The notes below the pieces were generated by a model. The model worked only from the letters and a program-made list of their open reading frames with translations. It made no database searches and was not told where the DNA came from. DNA of 64,000 nucleotides from Methylococcaceae bacterium UBA662 (GTDB lineage Bacteria; Pseudomonadota; Gammaproteobacteria; Methylococcales; Methylomonadaceae): contig DBNW01000055.1 of NCBI GenBank assembly GCA_002299425.1, forward strand, positions 10,949 through 74,948, written 5' to 3'. The position numbers and the translations under genes were made by a program. This document shows positions 28,198 through 37,912 of the stretch, piece after piece. Each line of letters begins with the position of its first letter. Position 1 is the first letter of the stretch.

Positions 28198-29379
28198 CTA
28201 GGCTACAAATTTTTCCAAAATGTTGTCCAGAAACAACCAACCACGTTGCGTACAGGTATACCAGCCTTTGTTTAAGTCCAGCAAGCCTAACGCCAGACAA
28301 TCCGCCAAAACCGGTGCTATGCTTGTTTCATCAAGCCCGGTCGCTGCTTGGTACAGCGCCGGGCTAAAACCTTGCTTTAAGCGCAATTGATTCATGACGA
28401 ATTCCAATGGCAACTCGGTACGGTCAATGTACCGCTGGGTGGCGGTTTTGGTGCTGGCTGTAAGGTATTCAAGCGGCTTTTTATGCTTAGCCGTTCGCAG
28501 AATTTTATCCGGTTGTTGCCGGGTTATTTTTCCGTGTGCACCCGCGCCAATGCCGAGATAATCGCCAAATCGCCAATAATTCAGGTTATGTCGGCATTGA
28601 CGGCCAGCCTGTGCATATGCGGACACTTCATATTGTTCAAACCCATGCTCTGCCAACACCGCTTGTGCAAGGACTTGACTTTGAAAAATGGCCTCATCGG
28701 CGGGTAGCTTAGGCGGGAATTTGTGAAAATAGGTATTGGGTTCCAACGTTAGTTGGTAGTAGGAAATGTGGCTTGGCGACAGACTGACGGCAATTGCTAT
28801 ATCATCGGCAGCATCTTTAGGGCTAGCACCCGGCAAACCGAACATCAAATCTAAGTTGATATTTTTAAATCCGGCTTGATCGGCAATTTCAACCGCAGCT
28901 AAGGCCTCTGGCCCATTGTGAACCCGTCCGATGCGACTTAGCAGTTTATCGTTGAAGCTTTGTACGCCAATCGACAGGCGGTTAATTCCTAATGCCTTAA
29001 ATTCCTTGAACTTACCGCTTTCAAACGTACCCGGATTGGCTTCCAGAGTAATCTCAATATCCGCCGAAAAAGGGACTTGCTCAGCGACGCCTTCCACTAT
29101 CTTGGCGATAGCCTGTGGACTGAACAGACTGGGTGTACCACCACCAAAAAAAATACTTTGCACGGGACGGTCGATGGCATAGGCCTCTAGGTCAGCCGCT
29201 AAGTCGAGCAATAGCGCATCGACGTATGCGTGTTCAGGCAAGGCAGCGGGTGCGGCATGGGAATTAAAATCGCAATAAGGGCATTTCTTAATGCACCAGG
29301 GGATATGGATGTAAAGACTAAGTGGCTGCAAAAAATGGTATTTAGGCGTTAATACATCAAACAAAAACCGCGAAGACAT
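28198..29379 (-). CDS. hemW: Radical-SAM heme chaperone HemW (YggW)
   Basis: LYIHIPWCIKKCPYCDFNS, FFGGGTPS, YEVSAY, HNLNYW.FGDYLGIGAGAHGK. Exact start uncertain. Confidence 0.92.
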   Translation of the reverse strand: MSSRFLFDVLTPKYHFLQPLSLYIHIPWCIKKCPYCDFNSHAAPAALPEHAYVDALLLDLAADLEAYAIDRPVQSIFFGGGTPSLFSPQAIAKIVEGVAEQVPFSADIEITLEANPGTFESGKFKEFKALGINRLSIGVQSFNDKLLSRIGRVHNGPEALAAVEIADQAGFKNINLDLMFGLPGASPKDAADDIAIAVSLSPSHISYYQLTLEPNTYFHKFPPKLPADEAIFQSQVLAQAVLAEHGFEQYEVSAYAQAGRQCRHNLNYWRFGDYLGIGAGAHGKITRQQPDKILRTAKHKKPLEYLTASTKTATQRYIDRTELPLEFVMNQLRLKQGFSPALYQAATGLDETSIAPVLADCLALGLLDLNKGWYTCTQRGWLFLDNILEKFVA

Positions 29380-29422
29380 GGGGATAAAGCCCAGTCTCGC
29401 GGCATTTTAAGCTAACTCGGAT

Positions 29423-30301
29423 TTAACGGCTGTTTTGCAAAGCGGCGATTCGTTCTTCCAATGGCGGATGGCTCATGAACAGTTTCATAATACCGCCGCC
29501 CCCGTTAATACCAAAAGCCGCCAATTGACCGGGTAATTGCGGGGCCTCATGGGTGCGTTGCAAAGCCTGTAACGCAGCTATCATTTTGCCTGTACCGGCT
29601 AACTTAGCACCGCCCGCATCGGCTTTAAATTCACGGTAACGGGAAAACCACATCACTAACATCGAGGCTAACACCCCTAAGGCAATTTGGGCCACTATTT
29701 GCGTAATGAAATAAGCCGGGCCGTGGCCTTGTTCGGTTTTAAACACCACCCGGTCAACCACATGACCGATAATGCTGGCAAAGAAATACACAAACGTGTT
29801 GACTACACCTTGCATCAGCGCCATCGTCACCATATCGCCATTAGCGACATGGGCTATCTCATGCCCCAGCACCGCTTCCACCGCATCGGCGTCCATGTTC
29901 TCCAACAAACCGGTGCTGACGGCTACTAGGGCACTGTTTTTGCTCATGCCGGTGGCAAAGGCGTTGGATTCTGCGGCATCAAAGATACCCACTTCCGGCA
30001 TTTTAATGCCAACCTGCTCGGCTTGCCTGGCCACCACATCCAACAGCCAGCGTTCGGTTTGGTTTTCTGGCTGCTCGATGACATGAACGCCCATGGCCTG
30101 TTTGGCAGACCACTTTGATATTGCTAAAGAAATGAACGAACCGGTCATGCCAATTACAGCAGACATGATCAACAAAGCACCCAGATTAAGGTCGACGCCC
30201 TGTGCGTCCAAAACCCCCCTTAAACCGAGAGCACTGAAAACAATACTGACGACAACCATTATGGCGATATTGGTTGCTAAAAAAAGAAAAATACGTTTCA
30301 T
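29423..30301 (-). CDS. htpX: Membrane zinc protease HtpX
   Basis: MKRIFLFLATN, NAFATG, HEIAHVANGDMVT, SRYREFKAD, SHPPLEERI. Start at ATG 30301 with AAGGAG RBS. Confidence 0.96.
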   Translation of the reverse strand: MKRIFLFLATNIAIMVVVSIVFSALGLRGVLDAQGVDLNLGALLIMSAVIGMTGSFISLAISKWSAKQAMGVHVIEQPENQTERWLLDVVARQAEQVGIKMPEVGIFDAAESNAFATGMSKNSALVAVSTGLLENMDADAVEAVLGHEIAHVANGDMVTMALMQGVVNTFVYFFASIIGHVVDRVVFKTEQGHGPAYFITQIVAQIALGVLASMLVMWFSRYREFKADAGGAKLAGTGKMIAALQALQRTHEAPQLPGQLAAFGINGGGGIMKLFMSHPPLEERIAALQNSR

Positions 30302-30331
30302 GATAGGCTCCTTATGTTGGTAGTATGCGGG

Positions 30332-30358
30332 ATGGGGATGGCAACCGGTTAATTCAAG
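30332..30358 (-). promoter_or_regulatory. Sigma32-type promoter for htpX
   Basis: Minus strand CTTGAA-N15-CCCCAT. Confidence 0.8.
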
Positions 30359-30415
30359 GCTGCCTGCAAAATCAGAGCGAAACCAGCTTATAAAGTTTAT
30401 CAGTGGAGATAACAC

Positions 30416-31603
30416 ATGAACATTAACAACATTGCTGCAAAAATTGTTTTCATCTTGTTATGGGCTGGCTCAAAAGCCTACGCCGGGGACAATCTCCAAG
30501 CCGTTTTGAGCCAACTTCGCCTTCCGGAGGGTTTTAGCCTCTCTATTTTTGCCGACAACGTGCCGGGTGCCCGCAGTCTGGCCTTAGGTGAAAACGGCGT
30601 AGTCTATGTCGGCACCGCCCAAGCCGGTGCATTGTACGCCGCCCAAGACGCTAACGGCGATGGCGTGGCCGAGGCGGTGCATGTCATTGCCAAAAATCTG
30701 TACCTGCCCAATGGCGTAGCTTATAAAAACGGGGCTTTGTATGTCGCCACCGTTAACCGTATCTTGCGCTACGATGCCATTAGCGAAAATCTAACCCATC
30801 CGCCCAAGCCGGTGGTGATTTATGACCAATTTCCCAGCGACAAGGCGCACGGCTGGAAATACTTGCGCTTTGGCCCGGACGGCAAATTGTACACCGCCGT
30901 GGGCGCACCCTGTAATGTCTGTGACTCCAAACAGGAAATCTACGCTTCGTTGGTGCGGCTGGATGCCGACGGGCAAAATGTGCAGATACTGGCGCGCGGC
31001 ATCCGCAACACGGTCGGGTTCGATTGGCAACCGGGTACCGGTGCCTTGTTTTTCAACGACAACGGCCGCGACCACCTAGGCGATGACGCCCCACCGGATG
31101 AACTAAACTTGTGGTCGGCTAAAGGCGAGCATTTCGGCTACCCCTATTGCCACGGCGGCGACATCCTTGACCCGGAACTGGCGAATGAGAAAAAATGCAG
31201 CCAATTTAAGCCGCCCGTCTGGCGGTACAAAGCTCACGTCGCGCCATTGGGCATGCGTTTTTATCAAGGCCTACAGTTTCCCCCGACGTATCAAAACCAA
31301 CTGCTGGTAGCTCAGCACGGCTCTTGGAACCGTACCGAACCGCAAGGCTACAAAGTGGTGCTGATCACGTTTGGCGAAGACGGCCTACCAAAATCTGAAG
31401 AAAATTTTATCAGCGGCTGGCTGACCCCACAGGGCGAGGTATTAGGCAGGCCGGTGGATATTTTGACCTTGCCTGACGGCAGCGTATTGGTGAGCGATGA
31501 CCAATTAGGGGTCATTTATAGGGTCACGCATTCGGCCAAGACACGCGCCATCTCCCCGACTATAGCCCCTCAATCACCTCAGCCTGAAGGGGTGCCGCTT
31601 TAA
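30416..31603 (+). CDS. PQQ-dependent glucose/sorbosone dehydrogenase-family protein (beta-propeller)
   Basis: Signal peptide, LRLPEGF, HGWKYLRFGPDG, GIRNTVGFDW, DNGRD, APLGMRFY, AQHGSWN, GRPVD. Confidence 0.88.
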   Translation: MNINNIAAKIVFILLWAGSKAYAGDNLQAVLSQLRLPEGFSLSIFADNVPGARSLALGENGVVYVGTAQAGALYAAQDANGDGVAEAVHVIAKNLYLPNGVAYKNGALYVATVNRILRYDAISENLTHPPKPVVIYDQFPSDKAHGWKYLRFGPDGKLYTAVGAPCNVCDSKQEIYASLVRLDADGQNVQILARGIRNTVGFDWQPGTGALFFNDNGRDHLGDDAPPDELNLWSAKGEHFGYPYCHGGDILDPELANEKKCSQFKPPVWRYKAHVAPLGMRFYQGLQFPPTYQNQLLVAQHGSWNRTEPQGYKVVLITFGEDGLPKSEENFISGWLTPQGEVLGRPVDILTLPDGSVLVSDDQLGVIYRVTHSAKTRAISPTIAPQSPQPEGVPL

Positions 31604-31666
31604 ACGGTTCCATCGGGCAAAAACGTTCACGCAACGCCTCATCGCCCTGCTTTTGCAACGGTCTTT

Positions 31667-31846
31667 TTAACGTAGCCGCCAACCCGTCAAACCGGTGAAC
31701 ATCAAATAAATGCCAACAATAATCAGGGCGATGGTCGCCATTAAGTAAGTGTCTATGACAAAAGCCACCGTACTTGCCGACACGGCAAACAGCCCTAATC
31801 CCCAAAAAAACCGGCGCCAGCCGGTTTCGTTTTGTTCTGCATTCAT
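31667..31846 (-). CDS. Small two-TM hypothetical membrane protein (59 aa)
   Basis: AGGAGAG RBS before ATG 31846; two hydrophobic helices; downstream of tusA-like gene. Confidence 0.65.
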   Translation of the reverse strand: MNAEQNETGWRRFFWGLGLFAVSASTVAFVIDTYLMATIALIIVGIYLMFTGLTGWRLR

Positions 31847-31878
31847 TGAGTCTCTCCTCTGCAAAATTTAAATGAGAT

Positions 31879-32142
31879 TTACAACATACGCGACTTGAAA
31901 ACCCTAGGAAGCCCGTTTTTTTTGATATAAAAAACTTGTGCGTCTGAATGCCGCACCAGCTCGATCAGGCAGTGACCTGCCTGGTCGATATAAACGCCAA
32001 TATCAAGATGCGCCGCAGGATCTGTGGCAATCACCCTAACCACTTCACCGCTGGCCATTTCCGCCAAAGCCCTTTTAAGGCGCAACAAAGGCAACGGACA
32101 CAGCAAGCCGCTGGCGTCTAATTCCACATCAAATTCAATCAT
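31879..32142 (-). CDS. tusA: TusA/SirA-family sulfurtransferase
   Basis: LDASGLLCPLPLL, VIATDP. Confidence 0.88.
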   Translation of the reverse strand: MIEFDVELDASGLLCPLPLLRLKRALAEMASGEVVRVIATDPAAHLDIGVYIDQAGHCLIELVRHSDAQVFYIKKNGLPRVFKSRML

Positions 32143-32221
32143 GGTAGCCCGAAATTTTCTCTGCTGGTTGAGGGAGGCCTATAATACCATCCGCCTATCA
32201 AATTGCCCCTAAGCCTCGCCA

Positions 32222-33640
32222 ATGCGCTATTTTCCGATTTTTGTAGACCTTAAAGAACAACCGTGTTTAGTGATCGGTGGCGGTGAAACCGCAGCCCGAA
32301 AAATTAGCCTATTGGCTCAGGCCGGGGCACGCATCACGGTTTTATCGGAACAGTTTGGCAAGCCGGTTTTAGACCTGGCCGAACGCTATGCGCTAACGCT
32401 GACACGCAAAACCTTTACTGAAACCGACATTAGCGCAGGGATGCGCTTGGTCGTCTGCGCTACCGACAACCCCAAAACCAACCAATTGGCTGCGACCAGC
32501 GCAACCAAACGAGGCATACTCGTCAACGTCGTCGACAACCCTGACCTGTGCAGCTTCATATTCCCCGCCATCATCGACCGCTCGCCGATTGTCGCTGCTG
32601 TTTCCTCCGGCGGCGCGGCACCGGTACTGGCCAGGCTACTTCGGGCGAAAATAGAAACGCTAATCCCACCCGCCTACGGTTTGCTCGCGGATTTAGCGCA
32701 AAAGTTCCGCAACCCAGTCAAGCAAGCCATTGCAGAACCCGCGCAACGGCGCATTTTTTGGGAAAACTGCTTTCAAGGCCCGGTTGCTGAACGGTTATTT
32801 GCCGGTGACGGACGGCAGGCAGAACACCTGTTGCAGAAGGCTTTAGCCCATCAAGCACCGCAAAACTCCGGTGAAGTTTATCTAATCGGTGCCGGCCCAG
32901 GCGCAGCCGATCTTTTAACCTTCCGTGCCTTGCGCCTGATGCAGCAAGCGGATGTGATAGTGTACGACCACTTAGTGTCGCCAGAAATCATGTCTCTAGC
33001 GCGGCGCGACTCAGACCGGGTTTATGTTGGCAAACAACGAAAAAACCATGCCTTGCCCCAGGATGGCATTAACCAATTGCTGGCGGATTTGGCCAAACAA
33101 GGCAAACGGGTGGCGCGTCTAAAAGGCGGCGACCCGTTTATTTTTGGCCGTGGCGGCGAGGAAATAGAAACTTTGATGGCACAGGGCATCCCTTTTCAAG
33201 TAGTACCCGGTATTACTGCTGCCTCTGGTTGCGCCAGTTACGCCGGCATTCCGCTCACCCACCGTGACCACGCCCACTCTGTTACCTTCGTCACCGGCCA
33301 CTTAAAAGACGGCAGCATCAATCTAAATTGGACACAATTGGCCGCGCCCAACCAAACACTTGTCGTTTACATGGGGCTGGTGGGTCTCGATAAAATCTGC
33401 CAAGCCTTGATTGCACACGGCAGCCCCCAAAATTTGCCCATCGCCTTAATCCAACAAGGCACCACGACGAACCAGCGGGTGGTAACTGGCACTTTAGCTA
33501 GCCTACCCGCCTTAATCGATGGCCTTGACATTACCCCGCCGACCTTGATCATCATCGGCACGGTGGTGAAATTGCATGAAAAACTACAGTGGTTTTATAG
33601 CAACAACCCTAACGTCCATCTAACCAGCCCGCCCCAATGA
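32222..33640 (+). CDS. cysG: Siroheme synthase CysG (dehydrogenase/ferrochelatase plus methyltransferase)
   Basis: VIGGGETAARK, VNVVDNP, GAGPGAADLLT, RLKGGDPFIFGRGGEE. Confidence 0.96.
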   Translation: MRYFPIFVDLKEQPCLVIGGGETAARKISLLAQAGARITVLSEQFGKPVLDLAERYALTLTRKTFTETDISAGMRLVVCATDNPKTNQLAATSATKRGILVNVVDNPDLCSFIFPAIIDRSPIVAAVSSGGAAPVLARLLRAKIETLIPPAYGLLADLAQKFRNPVKQAIAEPAQRRIFWENCFQGPVAERLFAGDGRQAEHLLQKALAHQAPQNSGEVYLIGAGPGAADLLTFRALRLMQQADVIVYDHLVSPEIMSLARRDSDRVYVGKQRKNHALPQDGINQLLADLAKQGKRVARLKGGDPFIFGRGGEEIETLMAQGIPFQVVPGITAASGCASYAGIPLTHRDHAHSVTFVTGHLKDGSINLNWTQLAAPNQTLVVYMGLVGLDKICQALIAHGSPQNLPIALIQQGTTTNQRVVTGTLASLPALIDGLDITPPTLIIIGTVVKLHEKLQWFYSNNPNVHLTSPPQ

Positions 33641-34431
33641 AAATCAACCACTTAGCTTTAGGTGTCATGGCGCTAAGTCTCCTGGTAACTGCCATTGAAC
33701 CCGCAGGGGCCGCCAGTTTTGATTGCGCTAAAGCAGAAACCGCCGTTGAAAAAGCTATTTGCGCGGACACAGAACTTTCATTATTGGATGAACGCCTCGC
33801 CAAAACGTATCAACAGGCTGTTCACTTAGCCGAAGATCCGGTGCCACTCAAAAAACAGCAACACGTCTGGCTCTTGGAAACCCGGAGCACATGCCAGGAT
33901 AACGCCTGCCTGCATCAGGCTCTTCAGACAAGAATTGCCGAACTGGCCGATGTCCAAGCCCGGCAATGGTCCCAGTACCGCGATCTGGAACTGGGCATTG
34001 AGTTTGCCTACCCCCCGCAGCGCCACGTCAGAAAAAATTGCCACAGCAGCCACCACTGCGTCGCCTTGGTATCGACCCCAATGCCGGCTGGCAGCGAATA
34101 CCTGCTGGCCTTTGAAGTTTTTGACGGTGATTTAGCCCATGTGGCGACCAATCAAGCTATTTTTTCCCGGCATAGCGGCGGCTGGGTGGCCCAGGGCCGC
34201 CACGGCCAATACCCGGTGCAGTTTCTATCCGGCGAGGGTTGGCAGGGGATTTACGCGGTGGTCGATTGTGGCGTTACCAGCGCCGAGGGGGTTTTTCATG
34301 CCGCCGGCGGTGAATGTTACTGGGCGGTGCTCAGCAACGGCCTGCGTTCTGTAACCATTGACAGCGAGGGGTTAGTCGGCAACGACGAACTGTCCCGCCG
34401 CTCGATCGAATCCTTCCGCTTCATCCAATAA
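33637..34431 (+). CDS. Exported LprI/DUF1311-family protein with additional C-terminal domain
   Basis: Signal peptide, ASFDCAKA..VEKAIC, QHVWL..R..C....CL; ATGA overlap with cysG. Confidence 0.75.
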   Translation: MKINHLALGVMALSLLVTAIEPAGAASFDCAKAETAVEKAICADTELSLLDERLAKTYQQAVHLAEDPVPLKKQQHVWLLETRSTCQDNACLHQALQTRIAELADVQARQWSQYRDLELGIEFAYPPQRHVRKNCHSSHHCVALVSTPMPAGSEYLLAFEVFDGDLAHVATNQAIFSRHSGGWVAQGRHGQYPVQFLSGEGWQGIYAVVDCGVTSAEGVFHAAGGECYWAVLSNGLRSVTIDSEGLVGNDELSRRSIESFRFIQ

Positions 34432-34602
34432 CCCATTCAGCTTTCATTGCATTTTATTGGTTATAATGCCGTCCGTTTGCTTGCCCAGCGAGAAAACAAA
34501 AAAATAACAATTGAATTTTCCAGTTAAATGCCCTGTTTTTTTGGCTTTAACTGCTAACCGGGCTGTGGTGTTACAGCTTTTTCAACAACAAGAGAGGTCT
34601 TT

Positions 34603-34941
34603 ATGAAAAAATCAGTAGTAGTGGCAGCGACTATCGCATTGTCCGGCTTATTCGGCCAAGCACTGGCCGACGAGCAATTGGAAATAGGCAAAAAAATCTA
34701 CGAACGCGCTTTTGGCCGTGGCTGCGGCACTTGCCACGACATCGCCTCCAACCCGCAATTGACGGCACTCATCAAAGGCGGCCAATTAGACCGCGCCCGC
34801 TTTGAACAAGTCTTAAGAGAAGGCAAAGGCGGCATGCCCAAAGCGGTTGGCGAAATTATGAAGCAAAAAGCGGTGGAAAAAGCCGGTTACAGCGAAGAAC
34901 AAGCCATTGAAGCGTTATACAAGTATTTAGAAAGCAAGTAA
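34603..34941 (+). CDS. Periplasmic class I monoheme cytochrome c
   Basis: Signal peptide ending ALA, CGTCH heme motif, distal Met in GKGGMP. Confidence 0.92.
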   Translation: MKKSVVVAATIALSGLFGQALADEQLEIGKKIYERAFGRGCGTCHDIASNPQLTALIKGGQLDRARFEQVLREGKGGMPKAVGEIMKQKAVEKAGYSEEQAIEALYKYLESK

Positions 34942-34957
34942 GCACCCGTTAGGCACA

Positions 34958-34997
34958 AAAAAAGCCGCCTAGGATAACCCCTAAGAGCGGCTTTTTT
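34958..34997. terminator. Bidirectional intrinsic terminator
   Basis: AAAAAAGCCGC...GCGGCTTTTTT between convergent genes. Confidence 0.88.
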
Positions 34998-35009
34998 ACG
35001 GGCGGTGGC

Positions 35010-35609
35010 TTATAATTTAAGCAAAAACCGCACCACCACTTCTTTAAACGGCAACTGTTGCCGCTTTAGCCAAACGCCGGTCACCGCTGCAAGCATTAAC
35101 CCGCACGAGGCCAGAATAAGGTAAATCAACCGCTTCAAATGAGACATTTCCTGAGCGAGTCGCTCGCTATCAACCCTAACCGCAGGTATTTTTTCTGCTT
35201 CAACAGGACCGTAGGCCCTGAGTATTTTTAGATCGTTTTTAATTTCTTCTAACGTACTTAACGAGCCGTCCAGAGTACCCGTCTTCAAGCTGGTTTCCAA
35301 AGTACGCAACTTGCTCTCGATGGAGCCGCTGACCAGACCCACTACCTGCCCTTTTAAGGCATCCATTTCCGCCATCAAGCGGGGATTGGGTTTTTCCCTA
35401 TACACACCAACGGCCTGCTTTTCAAAGGACTCGTAGTCGCTTAGCGGAGTCCAAAAAAAGCCACCGAAAAAAATAACCGTCAGTAACAGCACCGCGCAAC
35501 GCAACAGCCACCGTTTGCTCCTCACCAGGGCAGACTGCGAAGCCACACACGGAACACGGTGTATCACTAGGATTGCTGATTTTTTGGGGTCTGTATCACG
35601 CATCCTCAC
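35010..35609 (-). CDS. Hypothetical membrane protein (TM, coiled coil, TM)
   Basis: Two hydrophobic segments flanking a heptad-rich helical region; GAGG RBS; downstream of argG. Confidence 0.65.
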   Translation of the reverse strand: MRMRDTDPKKSAILVIHRVPCVASQSALVRSKRWLLRCAVLLLTVIFFGGFFWTPLSDYESFEKQAVGVYREKPNPRLMAEMDALKGQVVGLVSGSIESKLRTLETSLKTGTLDGSLSTLEEIKNDLKILRAYGPVEAEKIPAVRVDSERLAQEMSHLKRLIYLILASCGLMLAAVTGVWLKRQQLPFKEVVVRFLLKL

Positions 35610-35672
35610 CTCCTCTTAAACCGGCCACCGCTAATTAAATTTTTCGGGTCCGGAAACTGTACGTATCACGCG

Positions 35673-36908
35673 TCAACCGTGCGCCCCTTTTTGTTTTTTT
35701 GCGGCCGCTATACGCAGCCTCAACGCATTCAGCTTGATGAAGCCCTCCGCGTCTTTCTGGTTGTATGCGCCGGCATCCTCCTCGAAAGTAGCGATGCTCT
35801 CATCGAACAAGCTGTCGGTGTCAGAAGCGCGACCGACCACCATGACGTTGCCCTTGTACAACTTCAGGCGTACTTTGCCATTAACCGTAGATTGAGAAGC
35901 ATCGATCAAAGTCTGCATCAGCTTGCGCTCAGGACTCCACCAGTAGCCGTTATAAATCAACGACGCATAACGCGGCATCAAGTCATCTTTCAAATGCGCC
36001 ACTTCCCGGTCCAAAGTCAACGATTCGATGGCTCGGTGCGCCTTCAACATCACCGTACCCGCCGGCGTTTCATAACAACCGCGCGATTTCATGCCCACAT
36101 AACGGTTTTCAACAATGTCCAGGCGACCGATGCCGTTGGCACCAGCGGTAGCATTCAATTTTTCCATCACTTCAGCCGGGCTGTGCGGGACGCCGTCAAT
36201 CGCGACAATATCGCCATGCTGGTAGGTCAATTCGACATAGACAGGTCGGTCCGGGGCGGTCTCCGGGGCGACCGACCAACGCCACATATCTTCCTCAGGC
36301 TCAGCCCAAGGGTCTTCCAGCACCCGGCCCTCGTAGGAAATATGCAGCAAATTAGCATCCATCGAATACGGCGAAGCACCGCCTTTTTTCATCTCCACGG
36401 GTATGCTGTGTTTTTCAGCATAGGCCAGCAGCGATTGGCGCGAGGTTAAATTCCATTCCCGCCAAGGGGCAATGATTTTAATGCCAGGGCGCAGGGCATA
36501 GGCCCCTAGCTCAAACCGAACTTGGTCGTTTCCCTTGCCGGTGGCGCCGTGAGCAATGGCATCGGCTTGGGTTTCATTGGCTATATCAATCAAACGCTTG
36601 GCAATCAAGGGACGAGCAATCGAGGTGCCGAGTAAGTATTCGCCCTCATAAACGGCATTGGCGCGGAACATCGGGAAGACAAAATCGCGGGCGAACTCTT
36701 CACGCAAGTCGTCTATGTAAATTTCTTTGATGCCCATTGCCTGGGCCTTGCTGCGGGCAGGCTCGACCTCTTCCCGTTGCCCCAAATCGGCGGTAAACGT
36801 AACCACTTCGCAGGCGTACACATCGTGTAACCACTTGAGAATAACGGAGGTGTCCAAGCCCCCAGAATAAGCCAATACCACTTTGTTAATTTCCGGCACG
36901 GTGGCCAC
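35673..36908 (-). CDS. argG: Argininosuccinate synthase
   Basis: [44 protein letters not shown]. Confidence 0.98.
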   Translation of the reverse strand: MATVPEINKVVLAYSGGLDTSVILKWLHDVYACEVVTFTADLGQREEVEPARSKAQAMGIKEIYIDDLREEFARDFVFPMFRANAVYEGEYLLGTSIARPLIAKRLIDIANETQADAIAHGATGKGNDQVRFELGAYALRPGIKIIAPWREWNLTSRQSLLAYAEKHSIPVEMKKGGASPYSMDANLLHISYEGRVLEDPWAEPEEDMWRWSVAPETAPDRPVYVELTYQHGDIVAIDGVPHSPAEVMEKLNATAGANGIGRLDIVENRYVGMKSRGCYETPAGTVMLKAHRAIESLTLDREVAHLKDDLMPRYASLIYNGYWWSPERKLMQTLIDASQSTVNGKVRLKLYKGNVMVVGRASDTDSLFDESIATFEEDAGAYNQKDAEGFIKLNALRLRIAAAKKQKGAHG

Positions 36909-37011
36909 TCCCTTGAGTTAAAAAGGCCGCAATTGTAACAAAAAATCGCATTTTATTACAGGTTAACCGCTGGCGGCGGCATCAAAAACGGGCACTTTCT
37001 ATAGCCGCCGT

Positions 37012-37905
37012 TCAGACCCGCAACGAGCCACCGACCCCGCCTTTGACATCTACCCAAACATGCTTAAGCCCTAAGCTACGCAACCATTTAGGGCCTTGCC
37101 GCTCTTTGAGCATGGCGATGGTGGAGGCACTGCCGGCCACCACGCAAAAATCCGCGATGACGCTGACGGCGGCTAATTTGGCTACCGGCCAACCGGTTTT
37201 GGGGTTTAAGACATGCCCGTAGCGGGTATTGCCGACTACTATGCAGCGTTCGTAGTCGCCGCTGCTGGCCATCGCTCCGCTGGTTAAGGCAACGGTTTCC
37301 AAGACAGCGTTGCGGCGCGGGTGGCGTATGCCGACCCGCCAGGGACCGCCGTCAGGATGGGGACCGATAATTTTGATATCGCCGCCTAAATTGACCAAGC
37401 CATGCCCGATGCCGGCCTGCAAACACAGCACAGCAGCCCGGTCTGCGGCGTATTCTTTGACCACGCCGCCTAAGTCGATTTCCATGCCAGGCATTGGAAA
37501 GCGCAGAGTGGGTGCTTCCCAAACTACTTTTTCCCAACCAATTTTATCCAGCAATCCGGCAATTTGCTGCAAATCAGGCAATTTCCCCAACTCAAACCGC
37601 CAAGCCTGCCGCAAAATGCCGGAAGTAATGTCAAACAGGCCGCCACTTTGTCGGTAGCAGGTTTGTGCGTAATCGAGCAGGCTTGCCGTTTCCGGGTCCA
37701 CTTCCATGGCACCGCCCGCCGCCGCACAACGGTTGATTTCAGCAAGGTAGCTGTCTTTTCGGTAACGCGAATAACGGGCTTCCAAACGCTGAATGTCGGC
37801 TAGTGCTAACGCCGCTGCCGCTTGGGCTTGGTCGACACGACGGGCGTACAACTGCACCTCGCACGGCGACCCCATTGCCTTGAATGCAGTGCGGTAAAGC
37901 TTCAT
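37012..37905 (-). CDS. apbE: FAD:protein FMN transferase ApbE
   Basis: FKAMGS, GGLFDIT, IDLGGVVKEYAADRA, NLGGDI, ASSGDYER, HVLNPKTGWP. Start at ATG 37905. Confidence 0.93.
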   Translation of the reverse strand: MKLYRTAFKAMGSPCEVQLYARRVDQAQAAAALALADIQRLEARYSRYRKDSYLAEINRCAAAGGAMEVDPETASLLDYAQTCYRQSGGLFDITSGILRQAWRFELGKLPDLQQIAGLLDKIGWEKVVWEAPTLRFPMPGMEIDLGGVVKEYAADRAAVLCLQAGIGHGLVNLGGDIKIIGPHPDGGPWRVGIRHPRRNAVLETVALTSGAMASSGDYERCIVVGNTRYGHVLNPKTGWPVAKLAAVSVIADFCVVAGSASTIAMLKERQGPKWLRSLGLKHVWVDVKGGVGGSLRV

Positions 37906-37912
37906 TGGCGGC

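Noticed and set aside
35679-36449. 256-aa plus-strand ORF (similarly 25591-26016, 61456-62166, 62801-63220 and other long antisense ORFs)
   Set aside because: Fully antisense to well-supported genes (argG, dynamin, tilS, icd); explained by codon bias.
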